Notes: generated from the letters alone by a model not told the origin. Positions 35,810 to 46,054 are shown, counted from the stretch's first letter. The stretch: 64,000 nt of DNA from Euryarchaeota archaeon SM23-78 (GCA_001595785.1 LSSJ01000035.1:4558-68557); one strand, 5' to 3'. Made by a program: numbers and translations.

Positions 35810-38785
35810 TTGAGCAAGGAAGAAAGTAAGCATGAACATAAGACTATGCATAGCCCTGAGGAAGAAGAAGTAAAGCTTGATTTTAAAAAGTTCAAAGGCT
35901 TTTTTTCTGATAAGAGATTTTTCAATAACTACACTCTTCTAGTTATTCTCTTGCTTGTATGCATTTTTTTCAGTGTTTATTTCAGGTCTTTTCCTGCTAG
36001 TCTGCCAATAACAGATGAATGGGCACAAAATGCTGCTATTAACTCTATTCGTAACAACATAGCTGCTCAGATTAATCAGCAGTATCCTAATCTGCCTGAT
36101 GCTAATAAGCAACAACTCATTAATGAGCAGTTGCAGATAATTCTTAAAGACCAAGGAGCGAATATTGAGGCTCAGATAAAAAGCACCTCTGATTATTTCC
36201 GGTCCAGGCTTCAGAATGATGAAGGCCAGACCTATCTATTAGCCATTGATCCTTATCAGCACTTAAGAAGAGCTGAGAACATATTACTGAATGGGCATCC
36301 AGGAGATATTCTAAAAGATGGTAAGCCTTATAATACTCGCCAGTTTGCTCCTGTAGGCAAGCCAATCACGCCTGATCTTCATCCTTACATAATATATTAT
36401 TTGTACAGGTTCCTAAGAATATTTAACCCCAACATCTCAATGCTAGCAGCAGCTTTCTGGGTGCCTGTACTTATATCTGCGCTCTCAGTAATCCCTGCTT
36501 TTTTTATTGCTCGAAGAAGAGCAGGCTTGTTCGGTGCCTTTGTTGCAGGTATGCTAGTGGCAATTCATCCTGTGTTTATTGGAAGAACCGCAGGTGGTTT
36601 TAGTGATACAGATGCCTATGTTGTTTTCTTTGCTCTGTTAGTAACCTGGTTATTCATTGAGGGCTTTGAATCTGATAACCTAGTAAAAAAGGTTATTCTC
36701 ACAGTTGTTGCAGGTTTATTTGTTGGGGTGTTTAGTTTTGCCTGGGATGGTTGGTGGTATGTTTTTGACTTGTTACTAGGATTATTGATTATATACATAG
36801 GCTATGTGGTGTTAAAGTCAATTATTAACAAGGAATCTTTTAAGAAAATATTTTCAAATATTAATCTCAGAGGAGCATTTATAGTCTTAATAATATTCTT
36901 GGTGTGCTCAGTAGCCTTTGTTCCTTTACTAACAGGTGGAAGAGAGAGTATTAATGAGGCTTTCAGAGGACCCTTAGCAAGAATCAAGATAAAGGTTGCT
37001 GCTCATGATGATTATTGGCCTAATATTCAGACCACAGTAGCAGAGCTTAACCCTATTTCTATTAATGGAGCAATCAGACAGGTGGGTGGAAAGTTATTGT
37101 TTTTTATAGCTGCTCTAGGAGTTGTGCTTAGCCTTATAAAAGCTGATGATCTTAAGAAAAAGGATTATCTCTTTTTAGGAGCGTCTTTTATTTATCTTCT
37201 TATCATGCTATCCAATTCTGTGCTTGGATTAGAACCTATCACTTATCTTATCCTGCTCGCTATTCCTATTCTAGTAGGTTTTGTTCTCTTACTTAAGGAT
37301 AAGCGTGAGATTGATATTAAGTATGCAATTCTATTAATGTTATGGTTTATTGGTTCATTATATGCTAGTACCAAGGGAACCAGGTTTGTGCTTCTTCTAG
37401 TCCCTGCTTTTGGTATTGCTATGGGTATAGGACTTGGACTTGCTCATAGAATGCTGACTAAGCTGATTACCGAAGAGTTCAAACTAAAGAAAGTGGTTGC
37501 TGCTGTTGTTCTGGCTATTCTTTTAGGAGTCTTTGTTGTTAACCCTATAGGTTTTGTTAATAAGCCTAATAATCCCACCCATATCATGGACATGGCACGC
37601 TATACTGCTGAGAGGGAAGTGCCAAGCATGAATGATGGTTGGTGGGAGTCTCTTACAAGGATTAAGCAAAACTCAAGTGAGGATGCTATTATTAATTCCT
37701 GGTGGGATTTTGGTCACTGGTTTAAGTATGTTGCTGACAGACCAGTAACTGTTGATGGTGCGGGCCAGGATTATTTCTTGGCTCATTGGATGGGAACCAT
37801 TCTTATCTCTAATAATGAGGAAAAAGCTGTTAAAACTTTGAGAATGCTTGACTGCGGAAGCAGAGAATCATACTTTACTCTTCTTAAGGATACTGATGAT
37901 ATTATGCTCTCAGTTAATCTTACCAAAACTATTATTATGCAGGATGAGGATGAGGCAAGAGAGACCCTTGAGAAAGCAGGCATAAGTAAAGCTGCAATAG
38001 ATAAGACTCTTGATTATGTATTTTGCGACCCTCCTGATAATTTCCTTATTACAAGTGAGGACATGGTTGGTAAGGCAGGTGTGTGGGGGCATTTTGGGAG
38101 CTGGGACTTTAACAAAGCATTTATCTATATTAATTCAAGGAACAAAAAAGCAGAAGAAGCCATACCCTTATTAATAGAAGAACTCGGCTTATCAGAGGAA
38201 GATGCAACTGAGTACTACTATGAAGTCCAAGCCTTGGCATCAGAAGAAGAAGGAAATACTTGGATTGCTCCCTGGCCTAATTATCTTACAGGAAGCTGGT
38301 CTGGTTGCAAGGTGAGCAAACCCGAGCAGGATGAAGACGAGAACGCTACAGACACCATTACTAGTGCTGGCACTATGACTTGTAATATTAACAGAGCAAT
38401 TAGACAGGACAACCAGCAGAACCTGGTTATTGAAAGAGTAGTGCTTGACTTGGATAATCCTGAGAAATCAACCCTTATAGTGGGTTCTTATGATAGAAGC
38501 TCAGGCTACAGGCTTGGAGGAGGAAATGCTGTGCCTTCCTCGTTTGTGCTCTACAAGGAAGATGGTGTTATTGAGAGGATTAAGATGCCTAACTCAACCT
38601 TTCCTTATGATGTGGTGATTGACATGGAGAACACCAGAGCCTTGCTCACAGATCCTTTGCTCTCAGAATCATTATTCACCAAGCTCTTTTATCTTGACGG
38701 CAGATACAATACTCGTTTTGAACTCTTCAGTGACCTTACCACTGTTAATGGCCAGAGAGTTACTATTTGGAAGGTTAAGTGGTGA
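35810..38785 (+). CDS. aglB: archaeal oligosaccharyltransferase (STT3 homolog)
   Basis: 991 aa with about 13 TM helices plus a C-terminal domain. The WWDFG (WWDxG) motif is encoded at 37700..37714, and the first-loop acidic motif is GGFSDTDAY. TTG start after GGAGAGGGTGA. Confidence 0.85.
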   Translation: MSKEESKHEHKTMHSPEEEEVKLDFKKFKGFFSDKRFFNNYTLLVILLLVCIFFSVYFRSFPASLPITDEWAQNAAINSIRNNIAAQINQQYPNLPDANKQQLINEQLQIILKDQGANIEAQIKSTSDYFRSRLQNDEGQTYLLAIDPYQHLRRAENILLNGHPGDILKDGKPYNTRQFAPVGKPITPDLHPYIIYYLYRFLRIFNPNISMLAAAFWVPVLISALSVIPAFFIARRRAGLFGAFVAGMLVAIHPVFIGRTAGGFSDTDAYVVFFALLVTWLFIEGFESDNLVKKVILTVVAGLFVGVFSFAWDGWWYVFDLLLGLLIIYIGYVVLKSIINKESFKKIFSNINLRGAFIVLIIFLVCSVAFVPLLTGGRESINEAFRGPLARIKIKVAAHDDYWPNIQTTVAELNPISINGAIRQVGGKLLFFIAALGVVLSLIKADDLKKKDYLFLGASFIYLLIMLSNSVLGLEPITYLILLAIPILVGFVLLLKDKREIDIKYAILLMLWFIGSLYASTKGTRFVLLLVPAFGIAMGIGLGLAHRMLTKLITEEFKLKKVVAAVVLAILLGVFVVNPIGFVNKPNNPTHIMDMARYTAEREVPSMNDGWWESLTRIKQNSSEDAIINSWWDFGHWFKYVADRPVTVDGAGQDYFLAHWMGTILISNNEEKAVKTLRMLDCGSRESYFTLLKDTDDIMLSVNLTKTIIMQDEDEARETLEKAGISKAAIDKTLDYVFCDPPDNFLITSEDMVGKAGVWGHFGSWDFNKAFIYINSRNKKAEEAIPLLIEELGLSEEDATEYYYEVQALASEEEGNTWIAPWPNYLTGSWSGCKVSKPEQDEDENATDTITSAGTMTCNINRAIRQDNQQNLVIERVVLDLDNPEKSTLIVGSYDRSSGYRLGGGNAVPSSFVLYKEDGVIERIKMPNSTFPYDVVIDMENTRALLTDPLLSESLFTKLFYLDGRYNTRFELFSDLTTVNGQRVTIWKVKW

Positions 38786-38788
38786 AGC

Positions 38789-38967
38789 TTTTCGCCCGCT
38801 CGCTACGTTCGCTCCCCAAAGCCAGCAAAAGCAAAGCTTTTGCGGTGCCAGAAATTGCATTTCTGAGCACTTGCAAAAGGCAAGCGGTTACAAAAAGCCA
38901 AAGGCTTTTTGAATGTTCAAATCAAAATTTGAATATTCCTAGCACAAAAACGTGCCGGAACCCCTTA
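38789..38967 (+). repeat. left arm of an approximately 180-bp inverted repeat (multi-hairpin intergenic module)
   Basis: Near-identical blocks are shared with the reverse complement of 47450..47632: 35 nt at 38876..38910, 33 nt at 38935..38967, and a 25-nt GC box at 38789..38813. Confidence 0.8.
38892..38910 (+). terminator. hairpin plus T5 run (aaaaagcc-aaa-ggcttttt), candidate aglB terminator
   Basis: 8-bp stem followed by oligo-T, 107 nt downstream of the aglB stop. Archaeal termination at oligo-T is established; its use here is inferred. Confidence 0.35.
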
Positions 38968-38974
38968 GAAAAAA

Positions 38975-39829
38975 ATGAAAATCAAATACTCTGTGTTAAT
39001 TCCTGCGTATAACGAGGAGAGAGCTATTCTTGATACTATTAAGGATATAAAGCAAACTCTTAAGGGCTTTGCCTATGAGATAATTGTTATTAATGATGCA
39101 TCTAAGGATAGGACAGGTCTTATTCTTAAGAAAATTCAGGGAATAAGAGTGATTAATCATCCTGTTAACAAAGGTTATGGTGCTTCCTTGAAGTCAGGGC
39201 TTAGAGTGGCTCAGGGTGAGTGGATAATAATAACTGATGCTGATGGTACTTATCCTGTTAATGATATTCCCAGATTATTAAAGCACACCCCAAGGTATGA
39301 CATGGTTGTGGGTGCAAGAACTGGCAGAAAGACTTATGATCCTTTTCTTAGAAGGCCTGCTAAGTGGATGCTTAAAATTGTTGCAAAGATTGTTACTGGT
39401 ATCAGGATTCCTGACCTGAACTCAGGCTTAAGGGTTTTTAGAAAAGAGATGGCTCTTAGGTTCTGGAATCTTTTTCCTTATGGCTTTAGTTTTACAACAA
39501 CCCTTACGGTTGCTGCTCTTGCTAATAATTATAATGTAAAGTATATTCCGATTAATTATTTTAAGCGTAAAGGCAAGTCAAGCATCAATCCTATAAAGGA
39601 TTTTATTGGTTTTAACTTCTTGATTTTTAGAATTGCATTGTACTTTGCTCCTCTTAAGTTCTTTGTTCCTGCTAGTTTTCTTCTCTTCCTAGCAGGCGTG
39701 GTTAAGGGAGTGATGGATTTTTCAAATAATAGCAGAATTGGCATCTTTGCAGCTCTGGTTGTTCTTTTCAGCATTCAAATCTTCTTTTTTGGCTTATTAG
39801 CAGACCTGGTTAATAAGAGGATGAGTTGA
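38975..39829 (+). CDS. dolichyl-phosphate hexose synthase-type GT2 (Dpm1/AglD-like) with C-terminal TM helices
   Basis: KYSVLIPAYNEERAI..VINDASKDRT..ITDADG, plus two C-terminal TM helices. Confidence 0.75.
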   Translation: MKIKYSVLIPAYNEERAILDTIKDIKQTLKGFAYEIIVINDASKDRTGLILKKIQGIRVINHPVNKGYGASLKSGLRVAQGEWIIITDADGTYPVNDIPRLLKHTPRYDMVVGARTGRKTYDPFLRRPAKWMLKIVAKIVTGIRIPDLNSGLRVFRKEMALRFWNLFPYGFSFTTTLTVAALANNYNVKYIPINYFKRKGKSSINPIKDFIGFNFLIFRIALYFAPLKFFVPASFLLFLAGVVKGVMDFSNNSRIGIFAALVVLFSIQIFFFGLLADLVNKRMS

Positions 39830-39922
39830 TATTGATAAATAGAATATTTTATCCAAATAATAAGTTATTAAATAAATGATATGTATGTTAGATGATATGT
39901 ACTTTTATTAAGAAGAGGTAAC

Positions 39923-41854
39923 ATGGTAAATACAAAAAAAGTAGAGGAGTCAGATGAATTAGAAGGGTCTGGGGTAGGGAATAACAGTTTTTTGCAAAAA
40001 CTTAAGCTTTTTTTTAAAGGACTTAGCTGGGAGGATTATGTTCTTATAGGATGCATTATTATTATTTTGATTCTACAGGCTAACTTGATCGGAAGTTTCA
40101 AACAGCTACCTAGCCCTTTGTATGGAGGAGATTACTATCATCAAATGGGGGGAATAAACCATGTGAAATATGGGGGTGATGCATTTAAGAGTTTTTCAAC
40201 TAATGACCCAGTTCCTAGTTATTTTCCAATCTACTCACTTATTACAGGTAATATTGCTCGTTTTTTCAATATCTCTGCAATGCAAGCAATGTTTGCTTTT
40301 TCTTATGTACTTACAATAATAGCTCTTTTACTTGCTTATTGGTTAGGGTTTTTATTGTTCAGAAACAAGTCAGCAGCCTTAGGAGCAACTCTGCTCTTCT
40401 TTTTTTTCACAAGAATTCCCATCATTAAGTACCGCCAGTTCACAGAGGTAACATTTTTCCTTTTTTTCTTTGTCTGCCTTTACTATGTACTAAAAACCAG
40501 GGACTGGAAATGGGCTCTTGCAGCTGGTCTTGCTTTTGGAATAGGTAGCTTGTCCCATGGAAGCATGTTCTTGTACCTCCTACTTTTCATGCCAGTTCTT
40601 TTAGTATACATGCTACTAGGTCAGTATGTTAATTATGATAAGAGAAAGTTTTCTTTTAACAAACAAGAATTTAAGGAGCAATGGAAAAAGAACTTGGTCT
40701 TGTTTCTTATCATTCTGGTCATAGGTTTTGCTCTTGCCTTAGTTTACTGGTATCTTCCTTTAAGTTATATGGCCTCTAGTGACCCTGCTCTTAGGGAAAT
40801 AGTTGATTTAAGAATATTGCAAGGAAGAGGAGATTTTTATTCTAATCTTATGGCCAGAGCAGGATGGGTTTTTTCTGCGGTCTGGGGTAGTTTTATTTAT
40901 CAATATTCTTTTGTTTTTGTAGCCTTTACTATTCTAGGTATTCTTGCCTTATTTTTTGTTAAAAAATGGTCAAGAACAATAAAATTTATTTTATTAATAA
41001 CCATTAGCACTATCTTTATCTTCTGGCATTTCCTTATAACTCAACCTTTGCTAGGGGCACAGGTGCCTGTTCAGGAGATGAGAACCTTTATCCTTCCTTT
41101 ACTGATGTTTATGTTCTCAGGTTTATTTCTCTCAATAATTAGAAATACTGTGAAGAATAAACTCTTAAAGCTGGGGATAAGCGTATTTGTCATAATCCTA
41201 GTTTTATTAACTAACTTTTTTATATATAATACTTACATAAAAGAAGATAGATGGATACAGGTTGGTCAAAGTGGTTCTCTTCCAGGCCCTCTACTAGGCG
41301 CAGCTGACTTTATAATCCAGAACACAGATGTGAATGATGCAATTCTTACCAATCATGAGCTTGGGTTTGCAATTAATGCTCTTACTGGAAGAAAGATAGT
41401 CAGCATTCCAAGAGGACACCTCTCTCCTGTTACAGATTCTGTTCAAAGAGATGCAGATCTGGCTGTTATGCTGTACGGCTCTAATAATGAGCAGAGAGAG
41501 AAGTTATTTAAGGATTATAATGTCAAGTACTTGTTCTGGGATTCCTACTGGCTAAGAGGAGAGTTTATCTTTGACCAGGATGCTCAGGTAGTTGGCTTAT
41601 TTGACCCTATAGAAGTTCTTGACAAGCCTGATTGGAGGGAATATCTAGATGCAAGTAACGTAACCTATGAGCCCATCCATACAGAGCTTAACCCTAATAA
41701 AAGAGGCAAGGCAAACCAGTTTGATGTGCTTGTAGTAATGCCAAGAATGAACATCACCCACCCATGGCATCCCTCCCTTAACAAGTATTTAGAGTTAAAA
41801 TTCCAAGCACCACAGAATAATCCTAGTATTAAGGTTTACAAGGTTAATGTTTGA
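39923..41854 (+). CDS. large polytopic membrane protein with C-terminal soluble domain (GT-C-like architecture)
   Basis: 643 aa and more than 10 TM helices. The first loop has GGDYYHQMGG, and the gene is in a glycosylation context. I recognised no diagnostic motif. Confidence 0.35.
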   Translation: MVNTKKVEESDELEGSGVGNNSFLQKLKLFFKGLSWEDYVLIGCIIIILILQANLIGSFKQLPSPLYGGDYYHQMGGINHVKYGGDAFKSFSTNDPVPSYFPIYSLITGNIARFFNISAMQAMFAFSYVLTIIALLLAYWLGFLLFRNKSAALGATLLFFFFTRIPIIKYRQFTEVTFFLFFFVCLYYVLKTRDWKWALAAGLAFGIGSLSHGSMFLYLLLFMPVLLVYMLLGQYVNYDKRKFSFNKQEFKEQWKKNLVLFLIILVIGFALALVYWYLPLSYMASSDPALREIVDLRILQGRGDFYSNLMARAGWVFSAVWGSFIYQYSFVFVAFTILGILALFFVKKWSRTIKFILLITISTIFIFWHFLITQPLLGAQVPVQEMRTFILPLLMFMFSGLFLSIIRNTVKNKLLKLGISVFVIILVLLTNFFIYNTYIKEDRWIQVGQSGSLPGPLLGAADFIIQNTDVNDAILTNHELGFAINALTGRKIVSIPRGHLSPVTDSVQRDADLAVMLYGSNNEQREKLFKDYNVKYLFWDSYWLRGEFIFDQDAQVVGLFDPIEVLDKPDWREYLDASNVTYEPIHTELNPNKRGKANQFDVLVVMPRMNITHPWHPSLNKYLELKFQAPQNNPSIKVYKVNV

Positions 41855-41860
41855 ATTATT

Positions 41861-41998
41861 GAAATTCTGGTCGTCTGTGCCATTATTGCCACTTATTTCT
41901 GTAGGAAACTGTAGGAAATAATGGCATGGCCAAGATGGAGCTTACCACGTTCCCATACAAAGCGTGGGGTTGTGGTAAGCGGAGTAGGCCAGAATTTC
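41861..41998 (+). ncRNA. GC-rich three-helix structured element, copy 2
   Basis: P1 gaaattctgg/ccagaatttc, P2 tgccattatt/aataatggca and P3 cttaccacgttccc/ggggttgtggtaag. It lies between convergent genes. Confidence 0.45.
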
Positions 41999-43416
41999 TA
42001 AATTCTAATCTCATCAACAACAAAAACAATTTTTTCTTTCTCATTGATATCTTCCTTAAAGAACTTGCCAGCTTCTTTTCTTAGAGCCTTTGCAACTGCA
42101 GGATTTTTTTTAACAATATTCTTTACTTCCTTTGGATCTTTTTTCAAGTCATACAGCTCTTCAACCTCTCCATGTACATAACCGCAGCGCTTGCACTTCC
42201 TAAAACCTTTTTGAGGAAAGATATATTTATATCTTTCAGAACGAATGCACCTCTTCTTTTGTAAATAATTTTCTTCTGCAAATACGTACTTTCTTTTTTC
42301 TTTTCCCTGCATTAGCTTTACAAGGCTCTTACCATTATCTTTGTCAAATCTTTTTCTTATTCCAAGAATATCAATAACAGTAGGAGTTATGTCAAGGTTC
42401 ATTGCGAGATTTTTCACAACTTTTCCTTTACCAAGTTTTGGATATCTTATGATTAAAGGTATCTTTAGGTTTTGTTCATACAATCCGTGGTGGTCAAATA
42501 ATATGTTATGTTCCACAAGGCTCTCGCCGTGATCTGCTGTTATAAATATGATTGTATTGTCAAGTATTTTTTTTTGTCTTAAAGAAGTGGTTATTCTTCC
42601 TATCATCTCATCGCAATAGTTTATACTTGCATGATACCTGGCTATTACTTGACGTGCATCATTTTGATACCCTGTGAGAGCCTCATAAAAGCTGCGCACC
42701 TCTTTGTCTTTGAGCTGATTTATTAGGTGCTTCATAGGAATAAAGGGTTGGTTCTTTTCAAAGAATTTTTTTTGAAGAGCAGAAGAACAGTTGTAAGGTG
42801 CGTGCGTGTCCCAGAAATGAATGAACATAAAGAAAGGATGGTTTTTGTTATTCTTAATTATTGACTCTGCTTTTTTTGCAAGCTCAAGACCGTCTGAATA
42901 AGGTTTGAATTTATTGGTTAGCCAGTTTAGTTTTTCAGAAAAATAAAGTCTTACCATTAGTTTATGCAGAGGCTTTATCTTAGACAGCATTTTTTCAAGA
43001 TTTTGAAAAAACATTTTTTTCTCTTTTATTTCTGTTATTTTAAGGTAATAATCATAACCTGTTTTATGCCATCTGCCCAACCAGTCAAGGCCAAAGGTAT
43101 GGTAGCTTTGCTCTTTTAGGATGGATTGCAACATTTGGTTTTTTCTTGCAAAAAAAGTGCTGATTTCAGTCTTTGTAACTTTCTCTGCTTGGTTATGAAT
43201 TCCATGCCTAGTCGGGTGCTTGCCGGTCATGATAGAAGTAATAGAGGCGTCAGTGGTATTAATTGAGGTAAAAGCATTCTCAAATCTTATGCCTTCCCTT
43301 GCCAGTTTGTCAATATTAGGAGTGGTTTTTAAGTGAAAACCATAGCAGCTAACACTCTGGGCGCGCATAGCATCAACTAGGAAGATGATAATATTGGGTT
43401 TGTTAGTTTGTTTCAT
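41998..43416 (-). CDS. sulfatase-fold (AlkP superfamily) enzyme lacking the C/S-x-P-x-R formylglycine motif
   Basis: PNIIIFLVDAMR..TTPNIDKLAREGIRFENAF..TTDASITSIMTGKHPTRHG..FITADHGE. Thr occupies the position of the FGly Cys/Ser. Confidence 0.65.
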   Translation of the reverse strand: MKQTNKPNIIIFLVDAMRAQSVSCYGFHLKTTPNIDKLAREGIRFENAFTSINTTDASITSIMTGKHPTRHGIHNQAEKVTKTEISTFFARKNQMLQSILKEQSYHTFGLDWLGRWHKTGYDYYLKITEIKEKKMFFQNLEKMLSKIKPLHKLMVRLYFSEKLNWLTNKFKPYSDGLELAKKAESIIKNNKNHPFFMFIHFWDTHAPYNCSSALQKKFFEKNQPFIPMKHLINQLKDKEVRSFYEALTGYQNDARQVIARYHASINYCDEMIGRITTSLRQKKILDNTIIFITADHGESLVEHNILFDHHGLYEQNLKIPLIIRYPKLGKGKVVKNLAMNLDITPTVIDILGIRKRFDKDNGKSLVKLMQGKEKRKYVFAEENYLQKKRCIRSERYKYIFPQKGFRKCKRCGYVHGEVEELYDLKKDPKEVKNIVKKNPAVAKALRKEAGKFFKEDINEKEKIVFVVDEIRI

Positions 43417-44396
43417 TTTTTTATGAACATCGCATCCTTCACAAACACTTCAGGTCCCACCTTATTCACCAGGAAGATGATAACTGCAAGTATATATCTT
43501 ATAATTAACATCACTCCAAATATTGTTCCTGAAGCAATAGTTGATATACCTACTGCTTTGAACAGATAAACACCAGAGGTTTCTCTTATTCCAAGGCCAC
43601 TCACACTTACTGGTATTAATGATACAAGGGTGCTTAGTGATATTATTCCGATGACGTGACCCAGGGAGACCCTCACTCCCAGAGCATCAAACAAGATTTT
43701 TACTCCAATGAATAGTATTAACCAGCGTATCGCAGTGACTCCAAAGTTAAGAGCAACTTGTTTTTTTCTTTTAAAAAAGAAGGTCTTAATGTCTTTGTCA
43801 AATAAGTCTACTGTCTTATGACTCTTTCTAAAAATCCTTTTGGTAATAATGTTTCTTACCTTAGTGTTAAGAGCGAGTAAGAGGAGAAGAGTTCCAATGA
43901 TTGCAATTATTAGTGCCAAGGTCAAGGCTTGCTGAAAAGGCAGGTAGAAGAACATTGCAAACCCTCCTATTATGAAGATTAGTGCAAAGGTAATTATTTT
44001 ATCAGCAATGCTAATAGCAGAGGTTTTTCCTAGGTTCATGTGCTTTTCCTTGTTAAGAAAAAAGATGATTGAGAACTCGCCCAGGTTGCCAGGGGTGAAC
44101 TGCCCTACTGCCCAGCTCATAAGATAGTACTGCACTATCTTTTTGAATTTTACTTTTTTGCCTAGGCTGTCAATGATTATCTTTAAGCACACACTTTCAA
44201 GAGCAGTGTAGATAAAGAACAGGATTGCAAATATTATTATCGGAAGGATTCCTATTGTGCTTATAGAACCAAAGGTTGCTTTAAATCCAAGCTTGAGATA
44301 AAGGATTATAAAAATGGCTATTCCAATAATTATCCTTCCAATCCTAAGCCATAACCTGGTTTTTTGTTTAGACATTTGCCTGTTTAACCCATTCAA
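43413..44396 (-). CDS. UPF0104/LPG-synthase-TM (flippase-like) membrane protein
   Basis: 327 aa with 8 TM helices and an N-terminal RLWLRIGRIIIGIAIFIILY, typical of this family. The likely start is Met8 (44375). Confidence 0.5.
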   Translation of the reverse strand: MNGLNRQMSKQKTRLWLRIGRIIIGIAIFIILYLKLGFKATFGSISTIGILPIIIFAILFFIYTALESVCLKIIIDSLGKKVKFKKIVQYYLMSWAVGQFTPGNLGEFSIIFFLNKEKHMNLGKTSAISIADKIITFALIFIIGGFAMFFYLPFQQALTLALIIAIIGTLLLLLALNTKVRNIITKRIFRKSHKTVDLFDKDIKTFFFKRKKQVALNFGVTAIRWLILFIGVKILFDALGVRVSLGHVIGIISLSTLVSLIPVSVSGLGIRETSGVYLFKAVGISTIASGTIFGVMLIIRYILAVIIFLVNKVGPEVFVKDAMFIKK

Positions 44397-45303
44397 TTGT
44401 TGCTCTTAAGCCTTGTTCAAAATCATACTTGTTTTTATAACCAAGCATCTTTTCTGCTTTTGAGTTGTCTGAACAAGCTCTTCTAAGCTCTCCTTTTCTC
44501 TCAGGTGCAAATAAGGGTTTTATCTCTTTGTTTAGATTTTTGTTTATGAGCCTTAGAATCTGATTAACCCTGATTTCTTTTCCAGAACCAATATTCATAG
44601 GCTCTCCAAAGCCTGCTTTAGCTTTGCATGCGAGTAGATTTGCTTTTACAATGTCTTTTACAAATACAAAATCCCTGGTTTGATTACCATCTCCATATAT
44701 AATTGGTGTTTCATTGTTAAGTACTTTCTTTATGAATAATGGAATTACTCCTGCGTACTGGGACTCAGAGCTTTGTCTAGGGCCAAAAACATTAAAATAT
44801 CTTAGGATAAAGGTTTTTAATTTATGCTTCTTATAATATTCATCACACAGCTTTTCTGCTTTAAGCTTGAACTGAGCATAAGGAGATAATGGTTCTGGTT
44901 TCATGCTTTCTGTCTGAGGAATCTTATCTGTGTTTCCATAAACAGCGCATGAAGAAGAAAAAATAACTCTCTTAACATTATTAAGCCTTGCAGCTTCAAG
45001 AACATTTCTTGTGCCTTCCAGATTAACTTTTCTGTAAAGCTCTGGTTTTTCAACAGATTCAATAACAGAGATTAGGCTTGCATGGTGCAGAACAAAATCA
45101 CAGCCTTCCAACTCTTTTTTTAAAAGTTCAAAATCAGTTATATCTCCTTTAACAAAGCTTATCTGATTCAAGACATCTCTTAATACTTCTTTTCTTCCAA
45201 TTGAAAGGTTATCAATAACAACAACATCTGCTCCTATTTTCACTAATTCTTCTACTAAATGGCTTCCTATGAACCCTGCTCCCCCTGTAATAACATATTT
45301 CAT
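44368..45303 (-). CDS. NAD-dependent sugar epimerase (GalE/WbpP-like SDR)
   Basis: KYVITGGAGFIGSHL..SSCAVYG..YAQFKLKAE (YxxxK). Confidence 0.8.
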   Translation of the reverse strand: MKYVITGGAGFIGSHLVEELVKIGADVVVIDNLSIGRKEVLRDVLNQISFVKGDITDFELLKKELEGCDFVLHHASLISVIESVEKPELYRKVNLEGTRNVLEAARLNNVKRVIFSSSCAVYGNTDKIPQTESMKPEPLSPYAQFKLKAEKLCDEYYKKHKLKTFILRYFNVFGPRQSSESQYAGVIPLFIKKVLNNETPIIYGDGNQTRDFVFVKDIVKANLLACKAKAGFGEPMNIGSGKEIRVNQILRLINKNLNKEIKPLFAPERKGELRRACSDNSKAEKMLGYKNKYDFEQGLRATIEWVKQANV

Positions 45304-45305
45304 TC

Positions 45306-46004
45306 TTATTTGTTAGCGTCTAGCTCTGAGTTTATAATCTTTATGAATTCCTCTTCTGCTTTTGCTCCAACAACCATGATGCCGTTAATAAAAAATGTTG
45401 GTGTGCCTGAGACTCCAACTTGTTTGCCTGTTAGTATATCTTTCTCAACCTCTAACTTGTACTTCTGAGTTTCAAAGCAAGCCTTGAATTTTTCTGTGTC
45501 CAAGCCTACAAGCCCTGCATATTCCTCCAGATAATGAGGCTCTAACTGGTCGTTGTGTTCATAAAGCAAGTCATGGTACTCCCAATATTTATCTTGCTCC
45601 TTTGCACACTCAGCTGCAAGAGCAGCATTGTATGCATTAGGATGAATCCTTGTTAAAGGATAATCCTTGAACACATACACAACTTCAGCAGCATACTTTT
45701 CTCTTATACTCTTCATAGTGCTCTCAGATTCTGTGCAAAAAGGGCATTCATATTCAGAAAAAGCAATTATTAGGATTTTAGAGTTTTCACTGCCAATATA
45801 TGGGTCATTTCCAAGAGGAATTCTGATTCTAGCTGTCTCATTCCCTGCTTTTTCAAACAAGCCAAAGCCCTTGGTAAAAATAGCAAGACCAATAAGGATT
45901 ATGAATATGAACACACCAATAGCCACCAGGTTCTCTGTTCTCTCAGACTTAGGCTCTTCTTCTTTCTCCTGCACACTAACCTCTTTATTTTTAGTGGTTT
46001 TCAT
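45306..46004 (-). CDS. membrane-anchored DsbA-family thiol:disulfide oxidoreductase
   Basis: N-terminal TM helix and a CPFC active site (FSEYECPFCTESE). Confidence 0.7.
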   Translation of the reverse strand: MKTTKNKEVSVQEKEEEPKSERTENLVAIGVFIFIILIGLAIFTKGFGLFEKAGNETARIRIPLGNDPYIGSENSKILIIAFSEYECPFCTESESTMKSIREKYAAEVVYVFKDYPLTRIHPNAYNAALAAECAKEQDKYWEYHDLLYEHNDQLEPHYLEEYAGLVGLDTEKFKACFETQKYKLEVEKDILTGKQVGVSGTPTFFINGIMVVGAKAEEEFIKIINSELDANK

Positions 46005-46054
46005 GATTTAGAAGAAGAATAAGACAAGAATTTAAAAAGGTTTTTGGAAAAAAC

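Noticed and set aside
38672-39012. ORFs 38619..38912, 38672..38860 and 38779..39012 across the aglB-GT2 spacer.
   Set aside because: They run through the multi-hairpin inverted-repeat module, and their sequence similarity to 47450..47632 exists at the DNA level in inverted orientation. That pattern is consistent with non-coding DNA.
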